64,000 bases of DNA. It comes from a virus. Positions within the stretch are counted from its first letter, which is position 1, and each line of letters starts with the position of its first letter. Below the pieces are notes generated by a model, which saw only the letters and a list, made by a program, of their open reading frames with translations, made no database searches and was not told the DNA's origin. Positions 1 through 10,729 of this stretch are shown one piece after another. The stretch covers positions 32,001 through 96,000 of IMG/VR virus record IMGVR_UViG_3300036770_008442; one strand, written 5' to 3'. The position numbers and the translations under genes are program-made.

Positions 1-2462
1 AGTTCCAATATTCCAGCTGCAGTATTTGTGATCTGAATTTGATAAATCACAGAAGCTATACTTCCAGCATCAGCTCCAAGAGGATCATTAAATATCTGAT
101 TATAATAACCAGCGTTAATTTTAATAGTGGAACCATTATTTACGATTTGTGAGTTGCCATCCTGATCCACGATCGATACCTGAAGTACACCCACACTTTT
201 AACAATCGTAGAACTCAATAAATTAATTTGATCTTGGAGTTCTGTTAATTTTCTGAATAGATCTACTGGATTACCAGAAGAGTCAAAAAATCCACTAGCA
301 ACACTATCAGATCCAATATAATATGTCTTATTGCCAGCAGTAAATTTTTGGGAAAGCAACCCATCTAAGCCTTTAGAAGAGAGGTCCTGCTGAATTTTAA
401 GTACAGCAGAATCCCTTAAATTGGATGTGAAATTAGCTGCAGTACTCTGAGTTGAAGCATCCTCGGGGAAAGTTATGATCACAGATTCGCTAAATTCAGA
501 CATTGCTGGATTATCGGGCCATCCAGCCTCTGAAATTGAACGAATTCTTATTTCCACTCTTTCACCCTTGGTAATTGGGATATCAAGTTGATTGATATTG
601 TTTACGTCTGCATTATCAGGTTGTTCCTCTACCCAAACATAAGTCCCTGTATTGGGATCGTAGACTTTACTACGAATCTCGGATTTTATCTCATTCCAGT
701 TACTAAAGGCCCCAGTCTTTCTCTGTCCGTTTTGATCCAAATAATTGATCTGCTCAACAGGAGGCACTGCTCCAGAGTCGCTAAGATATCTGTATTGAAT
801 GAGAAATTGTATTACATTCTGAGGACCAGTAAGCGGACTATCCTTAGGAGCAGGCATCGCCCAGAATCCACGAACTCTATATTTGGGTTCAACATTTAGC
901 TGAGGGTTTGTCTCTGAAATAGTTGTGATGTCGGAGACAACAGAAGCTAAAAGCTGTTGTTTTTGTACCCTTTGCTCCGTTAATGCATTTAGATTTGCAA
1001 TCTGGGATGCGTTATCAGTTGAAGCAGAAGTGCTTCGATTCTGAGCAGCCTGACCCAAAGACCTAGTAGGTGCAACGGCTGTTGTGGAATCACTATTAAT
1101 AGATGTTCTAATCTGAGAGATAGAATTATCTAATTGGGAGATTTCACTTTGGAGGGTTGATTTTAAAGAAACCTTTTCGTTTAGAACTCTGACATCAGTA
1201 CCTCCTGTCAATTGACGATTAATCTGGACAACCTTAAAATTTTCAGCAGCTAAGAGAGGTGGATTGGGACTTTCTGCATTAATTGCTGCGATCTTTTTCT
1301 CTTTCGCCATGCCCAGGAATATCTGTCCTAAATCAGCAACGGAGCTCAGATAAAATTGTTCTAGAGTCTGAACCCCAGAGAAAGTATTGATATTTAATTC
1401 ATTGCTAAAAAAAACAACACCAGTGGACCATGTTGACCCAATAACGTTGTAATTATCATCTATTTTCTTAAAAAAGATGCCCTGCCTTTCATCAAATCCC
1501 ACATTCACTTCAACGAATCTAGGACTAAATTGAGTTGAGAGGAGGGTAAGCACGTCTGCTCCTATTTCTACTGGCTGATAGCCCGAGGTTCTTTTTAATT
1601 GAACCGAGGTTTCTTCAATATTAACGCTCGTAATCTGATATCTAGATCCATCAGCAGTCAAAAGAAAGTCACCAACAGTTAGTGTTTTTCCATTTACTAC
1701 ATTAGTAGTCGTATCTGTGTAATTAACGCTTGTTAGTTTGTAATTCCTTCGGGTTTCCTGAGTTTGATTGCCATTCGAGTCTATAACAGTAACAACATCA
1801 TCATAAAAAGAAACCACCCCAAAATTACCCTTATTTCTGATCGTTCGGAGGGGTAAATCTATGTTTTCCTCATCAACAAAATAGATAATACCATTATCAT
1901 CTAAAGCATTAATAAAATCCTCTTCGCTTATGTCATTTCTTCCTTTCAGATTCTGATCAAAATAACTCTTTTGCTCGTCCGTCTCGGTATTGGCTATAAC
2001 CCTCTTAACCCTAATCCGGTCGGCACTATCGTCTATTTGACCTGTTACATCTATACTTATATAGAGAAGAGGAGATAGAAAGCTCTCGAAAAACCAATTA
2101 TCCCGGGTTGCAAAAGTACTTGGAACCTGAAGATTTACAAGAGGGGTTGGATCTTTAACAGGTTGAGCCTTATAAACTTGAGAATATGTACCGTCTGGAT
2201 TTCTAACAGTAGCAAAGCTATCTCCTAAACCAGCAAGAGACTGGATATTAGAATCAAGTCTTTGAATTTGAGATCTTAGATATCCATATCCTGGAAGGTT
2301 AGCAAAGGAAGGTAACCCATTCTCATCTAAAACCTCAATCTGAACATTCTCACTGGTGGAGGTTGCCACCTCATTCAATCCATTGATGATCTCAATGGAG
2401 TTTTTCTGGAGTCTTAAGAACTGAGCTACTAATGAGCTAATCGAATTTTGTGTCGCTGCCAT
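1..2462 (-). CDS. Large putative virion structural protein, runs off the left edge (>820 aa; not in ORF track)
   Basis: ATG at 2462 (MAATQNSISSLVAQFLRLQKNSIEIINGLNEV...). The frame stayed open as far as I translated towards the window edge. It has a coiled-coil middle and a FN3-like 'VEIRIRSISEAGWP' segment, and follows tail genes in the same operon. Confidence 0.75.
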   Translation of the reverse strand, partial: MAATQNSISSLVAQFLRLQKNSIEIINGLNEVATSTSENVQIEVLDENGLPSFANLPGYGYLRSQIQRLDSNIQSLAGLGDSFATVRNPDGTYSQVYKAQPVKDPTPLVNLQVPSTFATRDNWFFESFLSPLLYISIDVTGQIDDSADRIRVKRVIANTETDEQKSYFDQNLKGRNDISEEDFINALDDNGIIYFVDEENIDLPLRTIRNKGNFGVVSFYDDVVTVIDSNGNQTQETRRNYKLTSVNYTDTTTNVVNGKTLTVGDFLLTADGSRYQITSVNIEETSVQLKRTSGYQPVEIGADVLTLLSTQFSPRFVEVNVGFDERQGIFFKKIDDNYNVIGSTWSTGVVFFSNELNINTFSGVQTLEQFYLSSVADLGQIFLGMAKEKKIAAINAESPNPPLLAAENFKVVQINRQLTGGTDVRVLNEKVSLKSTLQSEISQLDNSISQIRTSINSDSTTAVAPTRSLGQAAQNRSTSASTDNASQIANLNALTEQRVQKQQLLASVVSDITTISETNPQLNVEPKYRVRGFWAMPAPKDSPLTGPQNVIQFLIQYRYLSDSGAVPPVEQINYLDQNGQRKTGAFSNWNEIKSEIRSKVYDPNTGTYVWVEEQPDNADVNNINQLDIPITKGERVEIRIRSISEAGWPDNPAMSEFSESVIITFPEDASTQSTAANFTSNLRDSAVLKIQQDLSSKGLDGLLSQKFTAGNKTYYIGSDSVASGFFDSSGNPVDLFRKLTELQDQINLLSSTIVKSVGVLQVSIVDQDGNSQIVNNGSTIKINAGYYNQIFNDPLGADAGSIASVIYQIQITNTAAGILE

Positions 2463-2478
2463 TTTTTATTTTAAGATT

Positions 2479-4689
2479 TTACCCATTATTGGTTAAACTT
2501 TTTCCAACTATATCAACCTGAAAGAGAAGACTATTTTCATCTATACACACTATATCTATGACTGGCAAATACCCATAAGAATTTATGTCAGAATCAACCA
2601 GAGAGATGATGAGAGTTGAATATTCAACACCAGATGGATTATCCACAGGATATCTGCCATTAGCGTTGGTAAGGAAGTTTATATTGTAATCTCCTGGAAT
2701 TATCTCATCGCCAAAACTGAATCTCATAACCTGACCTCTTTTCCACTGAACAGGACCATCATTAATTCTAATAACCAAATCGGAAGATAAAGTTATGGGG
2801 GTTCCATTATTTACGTGTTTAATGTAATTTCCAAAACTCCTGAGAGGCACCTCATTAAAAGTTGAATTTTGGAGGTTGACAATTCCGAAGTTGTTTCCGA
2901 TATTATAGGACTGATTATCATTGTAAATAATAACCTGATTTGGAATTCCTCGATCTACCAAGATTCCAGATCCCTGCTTAATTCCATCTAAATTATATGA
3001 GATCTCGACTGATGTTTCATTATTAATGATCGCTCGAATGAGCTCATAGTTTTGATTAATCAGTCCCATCACAGCCTGTGTGTTATTAAACAGGGCTTGG
3101 TTAGAGGCATATGAATTTTCAAGAGAAGCTATTCTTCGGTCGATGTTTACAGTGGTATCAGTAGAAAGTACTAGATTTTCCAAATTAGAAACTCGTGATT
3201 CCAAAGCACTGTATGTAGAAGCATTGTTATTTAGAGTTGATGAAGCATCCTGAAGCACGTTCATGGCATCCATAAACATAGTTAAGGAAAATGGGGAATA
3301 GTCATTAATAGCTTGTTCTACTCCGGTTTGATCTATATCAACATCAAATTTGATATTCAATTTAAGTCCGTATGAGTTACCATTAAGTTTAGTAACTATA
3401 TTCGGCTTATACTTCTTAAAAGTGGGTATTTGATAAACATCAGTTCCCGCCACTTGAACATCATCTAAAAAGAGAACTCCATATAGGTTAGTGGCAGAAT
3501 CTGTGGGGATAGCTGGATCGTAAACATCATAATACACTAGAACACAGTTGAACTCAAAATCTATAGACAGGGAGGTTGAATTAAATTCCTCGATCGTACT
3601 GATTGAGGAGTCATCAACAATTTGCTTATATGATCCTGGATCAAAATCAATTCCGACTGAATCGAGTTTGGTTCTTACATATTTCTGAAAAGCAACACCC
3701 GAAGTTGCACCTGAAACAGATTTTGATAAGATGAGCGAAGTTGGATCCGTAAATAAAGCATCAGTAAAATATGTGTTAGCCGTATCTCTTGGTGTATACC
3801 AATTTCCAGCTCCTGTTGTTCCATCGGAGGTATCCTCATAAGTAACAGAGGGAGATCCCAAAACATCATCGTCGAAAATAGCCAGATTAGTCAGACCACT
3901 AGGATTTAATTCATCATATGCTCTTCCTGTTAGATATTCTCTGTTTAAAGGATCAGATGGATTATTAGTCCACTGATAATCTGGGTAATAATTGGTATCG
4001 ACTACGTTTTTGAACAAAACAGTAGGGGTGTTACCATCCTTTGTTGGTACATGAACATAAACCTCAGAATACGTATTGTTGTTGTTCTTGACAGAGTTGA
4101 CTATATCCAGATTTCCGATGTACTGAACTACCCGATTATAGATAGATCCTGATAATCCATAAGATCCTGTACCTCCAATAGGGTCGCCCTCAACAAATCT
4201 TTTTTGGGTAACCGGAAGAGAATTGACAATAGTAACAGTGTTTTGATCTAAGGTGGGGACAACCTGAGCAGATGATGCTGGTTGGAATCTAATAGCTCCA
4301 ATTTCCTTTAACCATTTAAAAAATATTCTTTCGGAAATATTCTGCTTCAATGACGAATCATAAACATCAGAACTTAAAATTGTGGTTTCTAAATTCAGAC
4401 AATAGCTTTGAAAACTCTGGGAAAAATCAATGTTAGCATTACCTGTAATAATTTTTCCCGCACTAGATGCTTTATCTAAAAAAGCACTATCGGGAGCATT
4501 CAGTTTAATTGAATTTCCTAAAGGATCTCCTGAATTAATTTCAGGCAAATTCAGCAAAGCAAATTTAGAGAATTTAAATTTATTAACCGAATTATTAAAA
4601 GTAAAAGACAGGTCTTCAGCAGCAGAAGAAAAAGCATAAAAAGTTCCTCCCTGTATTTGAAGCGGTCTTATAAAAGGTGTTTTTGCCAT
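2479..4689 (-). CDS. Putative virion structural protein (tail/baseplate associated), 736 aa
   Basis: Long ORF within the tail operon with a short coiled coil (LESRVSNLENL). No enzyme motif. Confidence 0.6.
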   Translation of the reverse strand: MAKTPFIRPLQIQGGTFYAFSSAAEDLSFTFNNSVNKFKFSKFALLNLPEINSGDPLGNSIKLNAPDSAFLDKASSAGKIITGNANIDFSQSFQSYCLNLETTILSSDVYDSSLKQNISERIFFKWLKEIGAIRFQPASSAQVVPTLDQNTVTIVNSLPVTQKRFVEGDPIGGTGSYGLSGSIYNRVVQYIGNLDIVNSVKNNNNTYSEVYVHVPTKDGNTPTVLFKNVVDTNYYPDYQWTNNPSDPLNREYLTGRAYDELNPSGLTNLAIFDDDVLGSPSVTYEDTSDGTTGAGNWYTPRDTANTYFTDALFTDPTSLILSKSVSGATSGVAFQKYVRTKLDSVGIDFDPGSYKQIVDDSSISTIEEFNSTSLSIDFEFNCVLVYYDVYDPAIPTDSATNLYGVLFLDDVQVAGTDVYQIPTFKKYKPNIVTKLNGNSYGLKLNIKFDVDIDQTGVEQAINDYSPFSLTMFMDAMNVLQDASSTLNNNASTYSALESRVSNLENLVLSTDTTVNIDRRIASLENSYASNQALFNNTQAVMGLINQNYELIRAIINNETSVEISYNLDGIKQGSGILVDRGIPNQVIIYNDNQSYNIGNNFGIVNLQNSTFNEVPLRSFGNYIKHVNNGTPITLSSDLVIRINDGPVQWKRGQVMRFSFGDEIIPGDYNINFLTNANGRYPVDNPSGVEYSTLIISLVDSDINSYGYLPVIDIVCIDENSLLFQVDIVGKSLTNNG

Positions 4690-4706
4690 CCTCTAAAATT
4701 TATTTG

Positions 4707-5591
4707 TTAAGACCAAGACATATTTGACGATCCCAAAACTACCCACGATCCTTCTTGGTTACCCGTTCCCTTTCCAATTCTAGGTTCCCATTGAAGCTGT
4801 ATTGATGACTGATAAGGTCTATCTGCATCTACTGTAATTCCGGTAGAAGGGAATTTTCCATATGTGGAAATTGTATTAAATCCAGTATAGGATGATCCTT
4901 GAATTCCCGTCTTAATAACACCTCCAGAAGCTCCAGTATTCACAATTGTTATTCTTAATCCGTCGGGAATATTAGAAGCGGTAGCTCCAGTTGTTCCTAC
5001 GCTCATATAAAAACCAGGATTGCACTGAGCATAAATAACATCCTCTAGCCCAGTAATAACATAAGGACTACCTGAGGAAGTGGCTATCCCGCCTCCACCG
5101 GATGTCGAAACGGGGAATGGTGTTCCTGCAGTTGCTCCAGTAACAACAACGGTATTTTTGCTTCTAAAACTTCCAGCCAAATAACCAACGGTTAAAGCTC
5201 CGTTTAGATTAACAGCACCATTTAAATTAGTATTTCCGGTGAAAGTGCTGATTCCACTTTGGGCCAAGGCCCCAGAGAGATTAATAGCTCCGCTTCCGGT
5301 CAGAGTAGTAGTAGATAGACTTTGGAAGCTCGCAGCCCCCGATGAAGTAATCTGAGCAAGAGCAGTTCCTCCGCTAGGAACGATAATTGAATCAAATTTG
5401 CCGGATTTAGCAGAGATTCTTCCGGTTGATGCTAAGGATAGATCTAAAATCCCATTGGTAGAATCAATACCAAAAGTATTATTGTAAGAGTTAATCCAAT
5501 TCTGTAGTAGTAGAAAATTTGAATTAATAGTGGTCCTAGATGATGAGATAGAATCAGAACCTAAAATAGTCGTTGTGCTTACTGTCGCCAT
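4707..5591 (-). CDS. Tail fibre-like / Gly-Ser-Thr-rich virion protein, 294 aa (start moved to ATG 5591)
   Basis: MATVSTTTILGSDSISSSRTTINSNF N-terminus resembles fibre attachment segments. The track's upstream extension runs through a promoter region. Confidence 0.65.
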   Translation of the reverse strand: MATVSTTTILGSDSISSSRTTINSNFLLLQNWINSYNNTFGIDSTNGILDLSLASTGRISAKSGKFDSIIVPSGGTALAQITSSGAASFQSLSTTTLTGSGAINLSGALAQSGISTFTGNTNLNGAVNLNGALTVGYLAGSFRSKNTVVVTGATAGTPFPVSTSGGGGIATSSGSPYVITGLEDVIYAQCNPGFYMSVGTTGATASNIPDGLRITIVNTGASGGVIKTGIQGSSYTGFNTISTYGKFPSTGITVDADRPYQSSIQLQWEPRIGKGTGNQEGSWVVLGSSNMSWS

Positions 5592-5626
5592 TTGGTAAGA
5601 ATTTTTTAATTTCTGTAATTTTAGAA

Positions 5627-5634
5627 TATATATC
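5627..5634 (-). promoter_or_regulatory. GATATATA late-promoter-like motif
   Basis: Recurrent intergenic 8-mer, 35 nt upstream of ATG 5591. Confidence 0.6.
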
Positions 5635-5774
5635 TTATCATTTTTAAACTCCAAAATATGTCCGGACAAAATTTGGTCCGTCTTCATAGACTTCCACTCA
5701 GGATTCCATTGGAAAATTGCCACGGAAAAGGAATAAAGAACCCAAAAAATCAAATTATAGATCTATCTTAAATC

Positions 5775-6434
5775 ATGTCAGAGAACCAATCAAAAAGAGT
5801 TCCCCGCGGGGAGATGAAATTTTCAATAGTTTTATCAGAAGAACAAAAATCAGCTAAATCTCAAATCCGAAACCACCCCTTTAATTTTCTAACTGGAAAA
5901 ACTGGAAGCGGAAAAACATTGTTGGCTGTACAGATAGCACTGGACTCTTTTTTTAAAAGAGAAGTTGATAAAATAGTCATTACCCGACCAACCGTCTCTA
6001 ATGAAGACAACGGGTTTTTGCCCGGATCATTGGAAGAAAAAATGGAGCCTTGGCTAGTCCCCATTCGATCTAATATGAGAAAGGTTTTCGACAATCCGGA
6101 AATTTTGGATCGGATGGAAAAAGAGGAATGTATAGAACTCGTGTCTTTAACTCATTTCAGGGGTCGGACTTTTGATAATTCTGTTGTTATAGTTGACGAA
6201 TTCCAAAATTTAACTAAACAGCAGCTCGGGATGGTGCTTGGAAGACTTGGAAAAAATTCTAGGATGATCCTATGTGGAGACGGACAGCAGATAGATCTTA
6301 AATTTGCAAACGATTCAGCAATTCACGACATCCCCAAGCTCAAAGAATCTAAATATGTCTTTACAATTGGATTAAAAGATAATCACAGACACGAATCTCT
6401 AGATGAGGTGTTGAGGCTGCTATTTTCTTTTTAG
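5775..6434 (+). CDS. phoH: PhoH-like ATPase
   Basis: GKTGSGKT P-loop, ITRP, GFLPG, RGRTF, IVDEFQN, GDGQQID: the full PhoH motif set. Confidence 0.95.
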   Translation: MSENQSKRVPRGEMKFSIVLSEEQKSAKSQIRNHPFNFLTGKTGSGKTLLAVQIALDSFFKREVDKIVITRPTVSNEDNGFLPGSLEEKMEPWLVPIRSNMRKVFDNPEILDRMEKEECIELVSLTHFRGRTFDNSVVIVDEFQNLTKQQLGMVLGRLGKNSRMILCGDGQQIDLKFANDSAIHDIPKLKESKYVFTIGLKDNHRHESLDEVLRLLFSF

Positions 6435-9400
6435 TACTGATTGAAAGTTGCGTCTGGATTATCTGGAATAAATATCCCAGATCCAAATTGAATTCTATTA
6501 TCGAATAAAATCTCTAGGCGTTCTTTAGATAGATCCTCTGCTAGCTGGAAAGATTTTGAATTCCGGTCTACCTTAGTTTCTACATATCCATAATCAGCAG
6601 AATTAACATATTCTGGATTTGGATCGTCCGCAAGAGGAATTGATTGATTGACAACTTTAATCATGGCGGGTTTGGAAATTTCATAAACATTACCCGCCGA
6701 GTCCTCAACTGAATTAACAATGGAATAATATCCAGATCTAGTAAAAGTGTAAATAAAATAGGGAACATTCTTAACATCTAGCAAGATCTCTCCTGTTTTA
6801 GAATTAGAAAGAACCCATCTGTTATTTCTTTTACCAAATATTTTGGAATCGTAGTTGCTCAAAAAAACTGTCGATAGCATGGGAACATAAAGATCCCTTT
6901 CTGAGTTATGAACATCAAACCAAGTCCATGCTCCAGATCCTGCTCTAGAGATGATTTCTCCCATGCTCTTACCAGTTTGAGGTTTATAGCTTTCCAGAAG
7001 ACTAACAAAGGATCCGGTTCCACCCTCATATGGAAGATTTAGTGGTCCATTATTGCCATAATAAGATCCCGCCACGAATAAATCAGAATTGCTGGAAACG
7101 TGATATTTAAGACCAAACTGATCTATAGCCAGTGGGGTTAAACAAATCTGAGCAGCACCCGCCTCCATGTTTGTCGGAAGGGTTCCAGTAACAGATCCAT
7201 TTAAATAATTTATCTGGAAAAAAGAACCAAGATTACTGATAGAGCTAGGCACAAAAGACCCGGTATTTCCAGCTGAATCTGTGATAGAAATAGTAAAACT
7301 AGCAGCAGGAATATTAGAAAGAGTTCCGGAAATATCCAATCCGCTCTGAGATGCATTAATTAAAATAGCTCCACTGACTGGAGAGAAATAATAAGCAATA
7401 GCACCATTTACTGGTGGATTAAAACCAGTTACTTGAAAATCAACAGAATAACAACTAACTGGGAAAGTAGAAAAATCATCGATAAAGGTACCAGTCACGT
7501 TTCTTTTGATTAAAAGATGACCTTTCTCTGTGCTGCCCGGAGTCTTGGGATAATAAAAAGAAGAGTAATAATCATTATCTGTATTAGCATCGCTAGATCC
7601 GGCTTGACTCACATAATAAGTATCCTCATAAGATTCAGGTAAGACCTCATAATTGGAAAGAATCGAATAATAACCACCTGGTTTAACAGAAAGGGTTCCA
7701 AGATTTAGAGATCCAGAAGCTCCCGGTGAAGTAATGATGTTGCCATTGGGTGAATTTGAAAAAATAGCATTCCCCGTGTATAAGAAATCTAAATAATATT
7801 GAGATCCCGACTTAAATGGAGAAATTGTATTTCTCCAGTTTTGAAATCCCACTGCGTTTTTATCCGAATTTTTAATAAAAGACCCGCCAAGAGCAGAATT
7901 AGAAGAACTGTTTAAAATAAAGAAAGGCATTGCATATCCTGGCTTTGGATGGATCAAAGAAATACCGGGAGATGACACATTATATTTTGAAGTTCCAGTT
8001 AGTAAATATGTTAGAGAATCGGGAAGACCTGAAATTTTATCCAGCGAAAGAGACTGAGTGTTAGGACCGGTATCCCCAATCGAAACACCGTTTTTAAGAT
8101 CCAAATAAGAATCTAAATCTATTACCGTCCCGCCGTCCGTATAATTAGGGCCAAAGAAATTTGTAAAAATAAAATCTGGAGATTGTGGCATATCGCCAAA
8201 GTTTCCGTATTGGTTTTTAAGCAAAGAAATTCCCCCGCTATAGTTTACTGTCATGCGGACAGAGTTTTTAGAAACTGCTAAATCAACAGATCCAATTTTA
8301 TTAGGAGAATCTGCAGTAGGAACGCCAGGTCTAGGGTCATAAACAGAACTAGCTCCCGGGAAGTATCTAAAATTCTTTAGACAATAAGAGGACTGAGGGG
8401 TTTCACCCTGGGAAAAATCTATTCCGCCGTAACTAGTTTGGTTTCCAAGATCGAAATCAACCTCAGCTAGAAAAAATCCGTATCTGTCAACAAGAATACT
8501 AGTGTCGGGTAAATAAATTCCACTAGTTGCTCCGGTCGGTCCATTTAATATCCAAGGATAGTCATAACTGCTGGTAATTCCGGGCGTTGCTATATTAGAG
8601 AATCCTATCGGAGAACCGGTTGGACCACTAACTCCAGTTGCCGTCATATCAGGAGCTCCTGGATATTCGGAAGAATAAACGAATTTTCCGGCCTCTATGT
8701 ACTTCTTAAAAGCCCCGGCAACATACAAGGTTGAATCATCCAGTGAAGGAACCGCTTTAAAGACATAGGTAGAACTTCCCCTAAAAGGAATACATCCTAA
8801 AACTTGACCTCCGTCTGTATAGAAAGCTATGAATCCAACTGGATTAGGGGATCCACTAGAATCAGTTGGATTGGGATTAAGTAAAGTGTAACTCTCCTCC
8901 AGATTAGAGGATTGTCCGAGTACAATGGAAGGACTATCGGAATACCCCGTTACTACATTATATCCCCTGAATTTACAGGTGGAGGTCACCGTAAAGGGGG
9001 ATGTATCCTGGAGCCAAGAATTTGACGGAATCTTCTTAGCAAGATCCTGATCTTCAATAGGTATAACTGGTCCGTTGTTCCAGTATGCTTGTTCTCCTGC
9101 CCGATTATTTGCTATATCTTTGAAATCTGTTTCCAAAAAAAGATTTCTTGGGTCCATTCCCGGATGGGCAGTTATTAGATAATTAAGATCCCGATTGGTC
9201 CAGGTTGGAAAGGTCCAGGTGTACTTATCGGCCTTAGGTAGTCTAGCATGATCGGTAGTTGCACCTTCTGAGGTGGGTGTATAATAAACGAAATTCCATC
9301 CGGTCGAGCCAACATATTTAGACGTAGCATAAATATGAGGAATCTGGTAATCGAAAAGAACCAGATTATTCCCAGAGACAATCCAAAGATCCCCTGGATA

Positions 9401-10417
9401 AGCAGAGGATGTTGAGAAATTACTTTTCTCCTGGACGAGCATAAGATCAACTACCCGATCATCAATAAGATCGGAATTGGATTGATTATAATTCGTAAAA
9501 GTATCCCCGTTGAAATGATAGAATCCATCGGTAACACTCGTAGTAACCAGGGTTGGATCTCCTATTTTAAAGAAAACGTGTCCATTTTTTCGGGCAACCA
9601 CTTTAGTTACCCCTAATCCCCCACCAACATCCCATCTATAGTATTTTTGACCATCCCAATAGACTAATCCGTTTTGGGTTCCAAGCCAATAATTGGCGTT
9701 CTCATCAAAAGAAATTGAATAGACAATATTTGACCCGATCCCTGAGTTAGATGTATTTTTTTTAATCAGGTTTGGAATAGAAATCAGGCCATCCAAGAGA
9801 ACAGATGAATCAATTTTTCCATCTGGAATAATTTGTAGTCCGTCAGAGGTACACAGATAATACTCATAGTCACCATTAGAAGTACCCAAAGCAGTGATAT
9901 CATAAATATGTGGCCAAGTGTAGTCTTGAACAACCTCCTCCCAATTTTTTGAAAATTTATCATATCTCCAGAGGTATCCCCCTGTTGTTCCCACATCGCC
10001 AGTTGCTCCGGTTCCTCCACCCCCATTTAAAGGAGAGATAAATGCCAAAACATCGTTCCCGTATGGACATCCATAGATAGTTGGGACCTCCCAATTTGGG
10101 CTAATCGAAGAAAGAGATCCAAAATTAGAAAGATCCCAAGATTCACCCTCTTCTACAGACTCTCCGCTCAGATAGAAAACAAGATCCTGTCCAATTCCGG
10201 ACGTAACCGCACATCCAACCCATTTATTATTTTGAGGATCAATAGAGATTGATCTGGTATCTTTAAAATAAGGTAAACTACTAGGAACTGCAGAATTAGT
10301 AGAATTATAATAAAACCAATTGTCTCCATCAAATTTGTTTACATTTCTACCAACGCACCAGACAGACCCAAAAGAATCTAGAGAAGCCTGATTAATAAAT
10401 AAATTTTGGTTTGCCAT
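6431..10417 (-). CDS. Large beta-propeller-rich virion/tail protein, 1328 aa
   Basis: Regulator-propeller-like blades (NSGIGSNIVYSISFDENANYWLGTQNGLVYWDG; NSDLIDDRVVDL) and a PKD-like C-terminus. Lies downstream of baseplate genes. Confidence 0.65.
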   Translation of the reverse strand: MANQNLFINQASLDSFGSVWCVGRNVNKFDGDNWFYYNSTNSAVPSSLPYFKDTRSISIDPQNNKWVGCAVTSGIGQDLVFYLSGESVEEGESWDLSNFGSLSSISPNWEVPTIYGCPYGNDVLAFISPLNGGGGTGATGDVGTTGGYLWRYDKFSKNWEEVVQDYTWPHIYDITALGTSNGDYEYYLCTSDGLQIIPDGKIDSSVLLDGLISIPNLIKKNTSNSGIGSNIVYSISFDENANYWLGTQNGLVYWDGQKYYRWDVGGGLGVTKVVARKNGHVFFKIGDPTLVTTSVTDGFYHFNGDTFTNYNQSNSDLIDDRVVDLMLVQEKSNFSTSSAYPGDLWIVSGNNLVLFDYQIPHIYATSKYVGSTGWNFVYYTPTSEGATTDHARLPKADKYTWTFPTWTNRDLNYLITAHPGMDPRNLFLETDFKDIANNRAGEQAYWNNGPVIPIEDQDLAKKIPSNSWLQDTSPFTVTSTCKFRGYNVVTGYSDSPSIVLGQSSNLEESYTLLNPNPTDSSGSPNPVGFIAFYTDGGQVLGCIPFRGSSTYVFKAVPSLDDSTLYVAGAFKKYIEAGKFVYSSEYPGAPDMTATGVSGPTGSPIGFSNIATPGITSSYDYPWILNGPTGATSGIYLPDTSILVDRYGFFLAEVDFDLGNQTSYGGIDFSQGETPQSSYCLKNFRYFPGASSVYDPRPGVPTADSPNKIGSVDLAVSKNSVRMTVNYSGGISLLKNQYGNFGDMPQSPDFIFTNFFGPNYTDGGTVIDLDSYLDLKNGVSIGDTGPNTQSLSLDKISGLPDSLTYLLTGTSKYNVSSPGISLIHPKPGYAMPFFILNSSSNSALGGSFIKNSDKNAVGFQNWRNTISPFKSGSQYYLDFLYTGNAIFSNSPNGNIITSPGASGSLNLGTLSVKPGGYYSILSNYEVLPESYEDTYYVSQAGSSDANTDNDYYSSFYYPKTPGSTEKGHLLIKRNVTGTFIDDFSTFPVSCYSVDFQVTGFNPPVNGAIAYYFSPVSGAILINASQSGLDISGTLSNIPAASFTISITDSAGNTGSFVPSSISNLGSFFQINYLNGSVTGTLPTNMEAGAAQICLTPLAIDQFGLKYHVSSNSDLFVAGSYYGNNGPLNLPYEGGTGSFVSLLESYKPQTGKSMGEIISRAGSGAWTWFDVHNSERDLYVPMLSTVFLSNYDSKIFGKRNNRWVLSNSKTGEILLDVKNVPYFIYTFTRSGYYSIVNSVEDSAGNVYEISKPAMIKVVNQSIPLADDPNPEYVNSADYGYVETKVDRNSKSFQLAEDLSKERLEILFDNRIQFGSGIFIPDNPDATFNQY

Positions 10418-10428
10418 TTTTCTTTCTG

Positions 10429-10436
10429 TATTTATC
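10429..10436 (-). promoter_or_regulatory. GATAAATA late-promoter-like motif
   Basis: Variant of the recurrent motif, 11 nt upstream of ATG 10417. Confidence 0.5.
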
Positions 10437-10466
10437 TGCTGTTAAACTTCTCTTTATTTTAATTCA

Positions 10467-10715
10467 TCAAACGGGGACAACAGTAACCAAATTGGATAGG
10501 GTCAGAGTATTAGAAACCCTTTCAGAATCTGTTACTTTCAGGGTCACATCAAAACTTCCTAGATAATTATAAAAAACAGAAGCAGTGGGACCGGTAGCAG
10601 AGGTAATAGATCCACCAACGAATGTCCATTCATAACTATAAGGTCCAATACCCCCAGTGGAAGTTTCCTGAAAAATAACAGATTGTCCTTGATTGATTTG
10701 AATATTATTTGGCAT
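10467..10715 (-). CDS. Stand-alone PKD (Ig-like) domain protein
   Basis: GQSVIF...SYEWTFVGG...GSFDVTLKVTD matches the PKD pattern. Confidence 0.8.
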   Translation of the reverse strand: MPNNIQINQGQSVIFQETSTGGIGPYSYEWTFVGGSITSATGPTASVFYNYLGSFDVTLKVTDSERVSNTLTLSNLVTVVPV

Positions 10716-10729
10716 TTTTCGTTTGTTTA

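Noticed and set aside
5663-5680. Short inverted repeat CGGAC...GTCCG in the divergent phoH intergenic region
   Set aside because: Only a 5-bp stem and no second copy seen; cannot be distinguished from chance.
5592-5753. N-terminal extensions in the ORF track (also 18229-18366, 35726-35779, 36886-36915, 54917-54961, 57599-57631)
   Set aside because: They run through promoters, the tRNA-like element or neighbouring genes. Downstream starts give tight packing and A-rich leaders.
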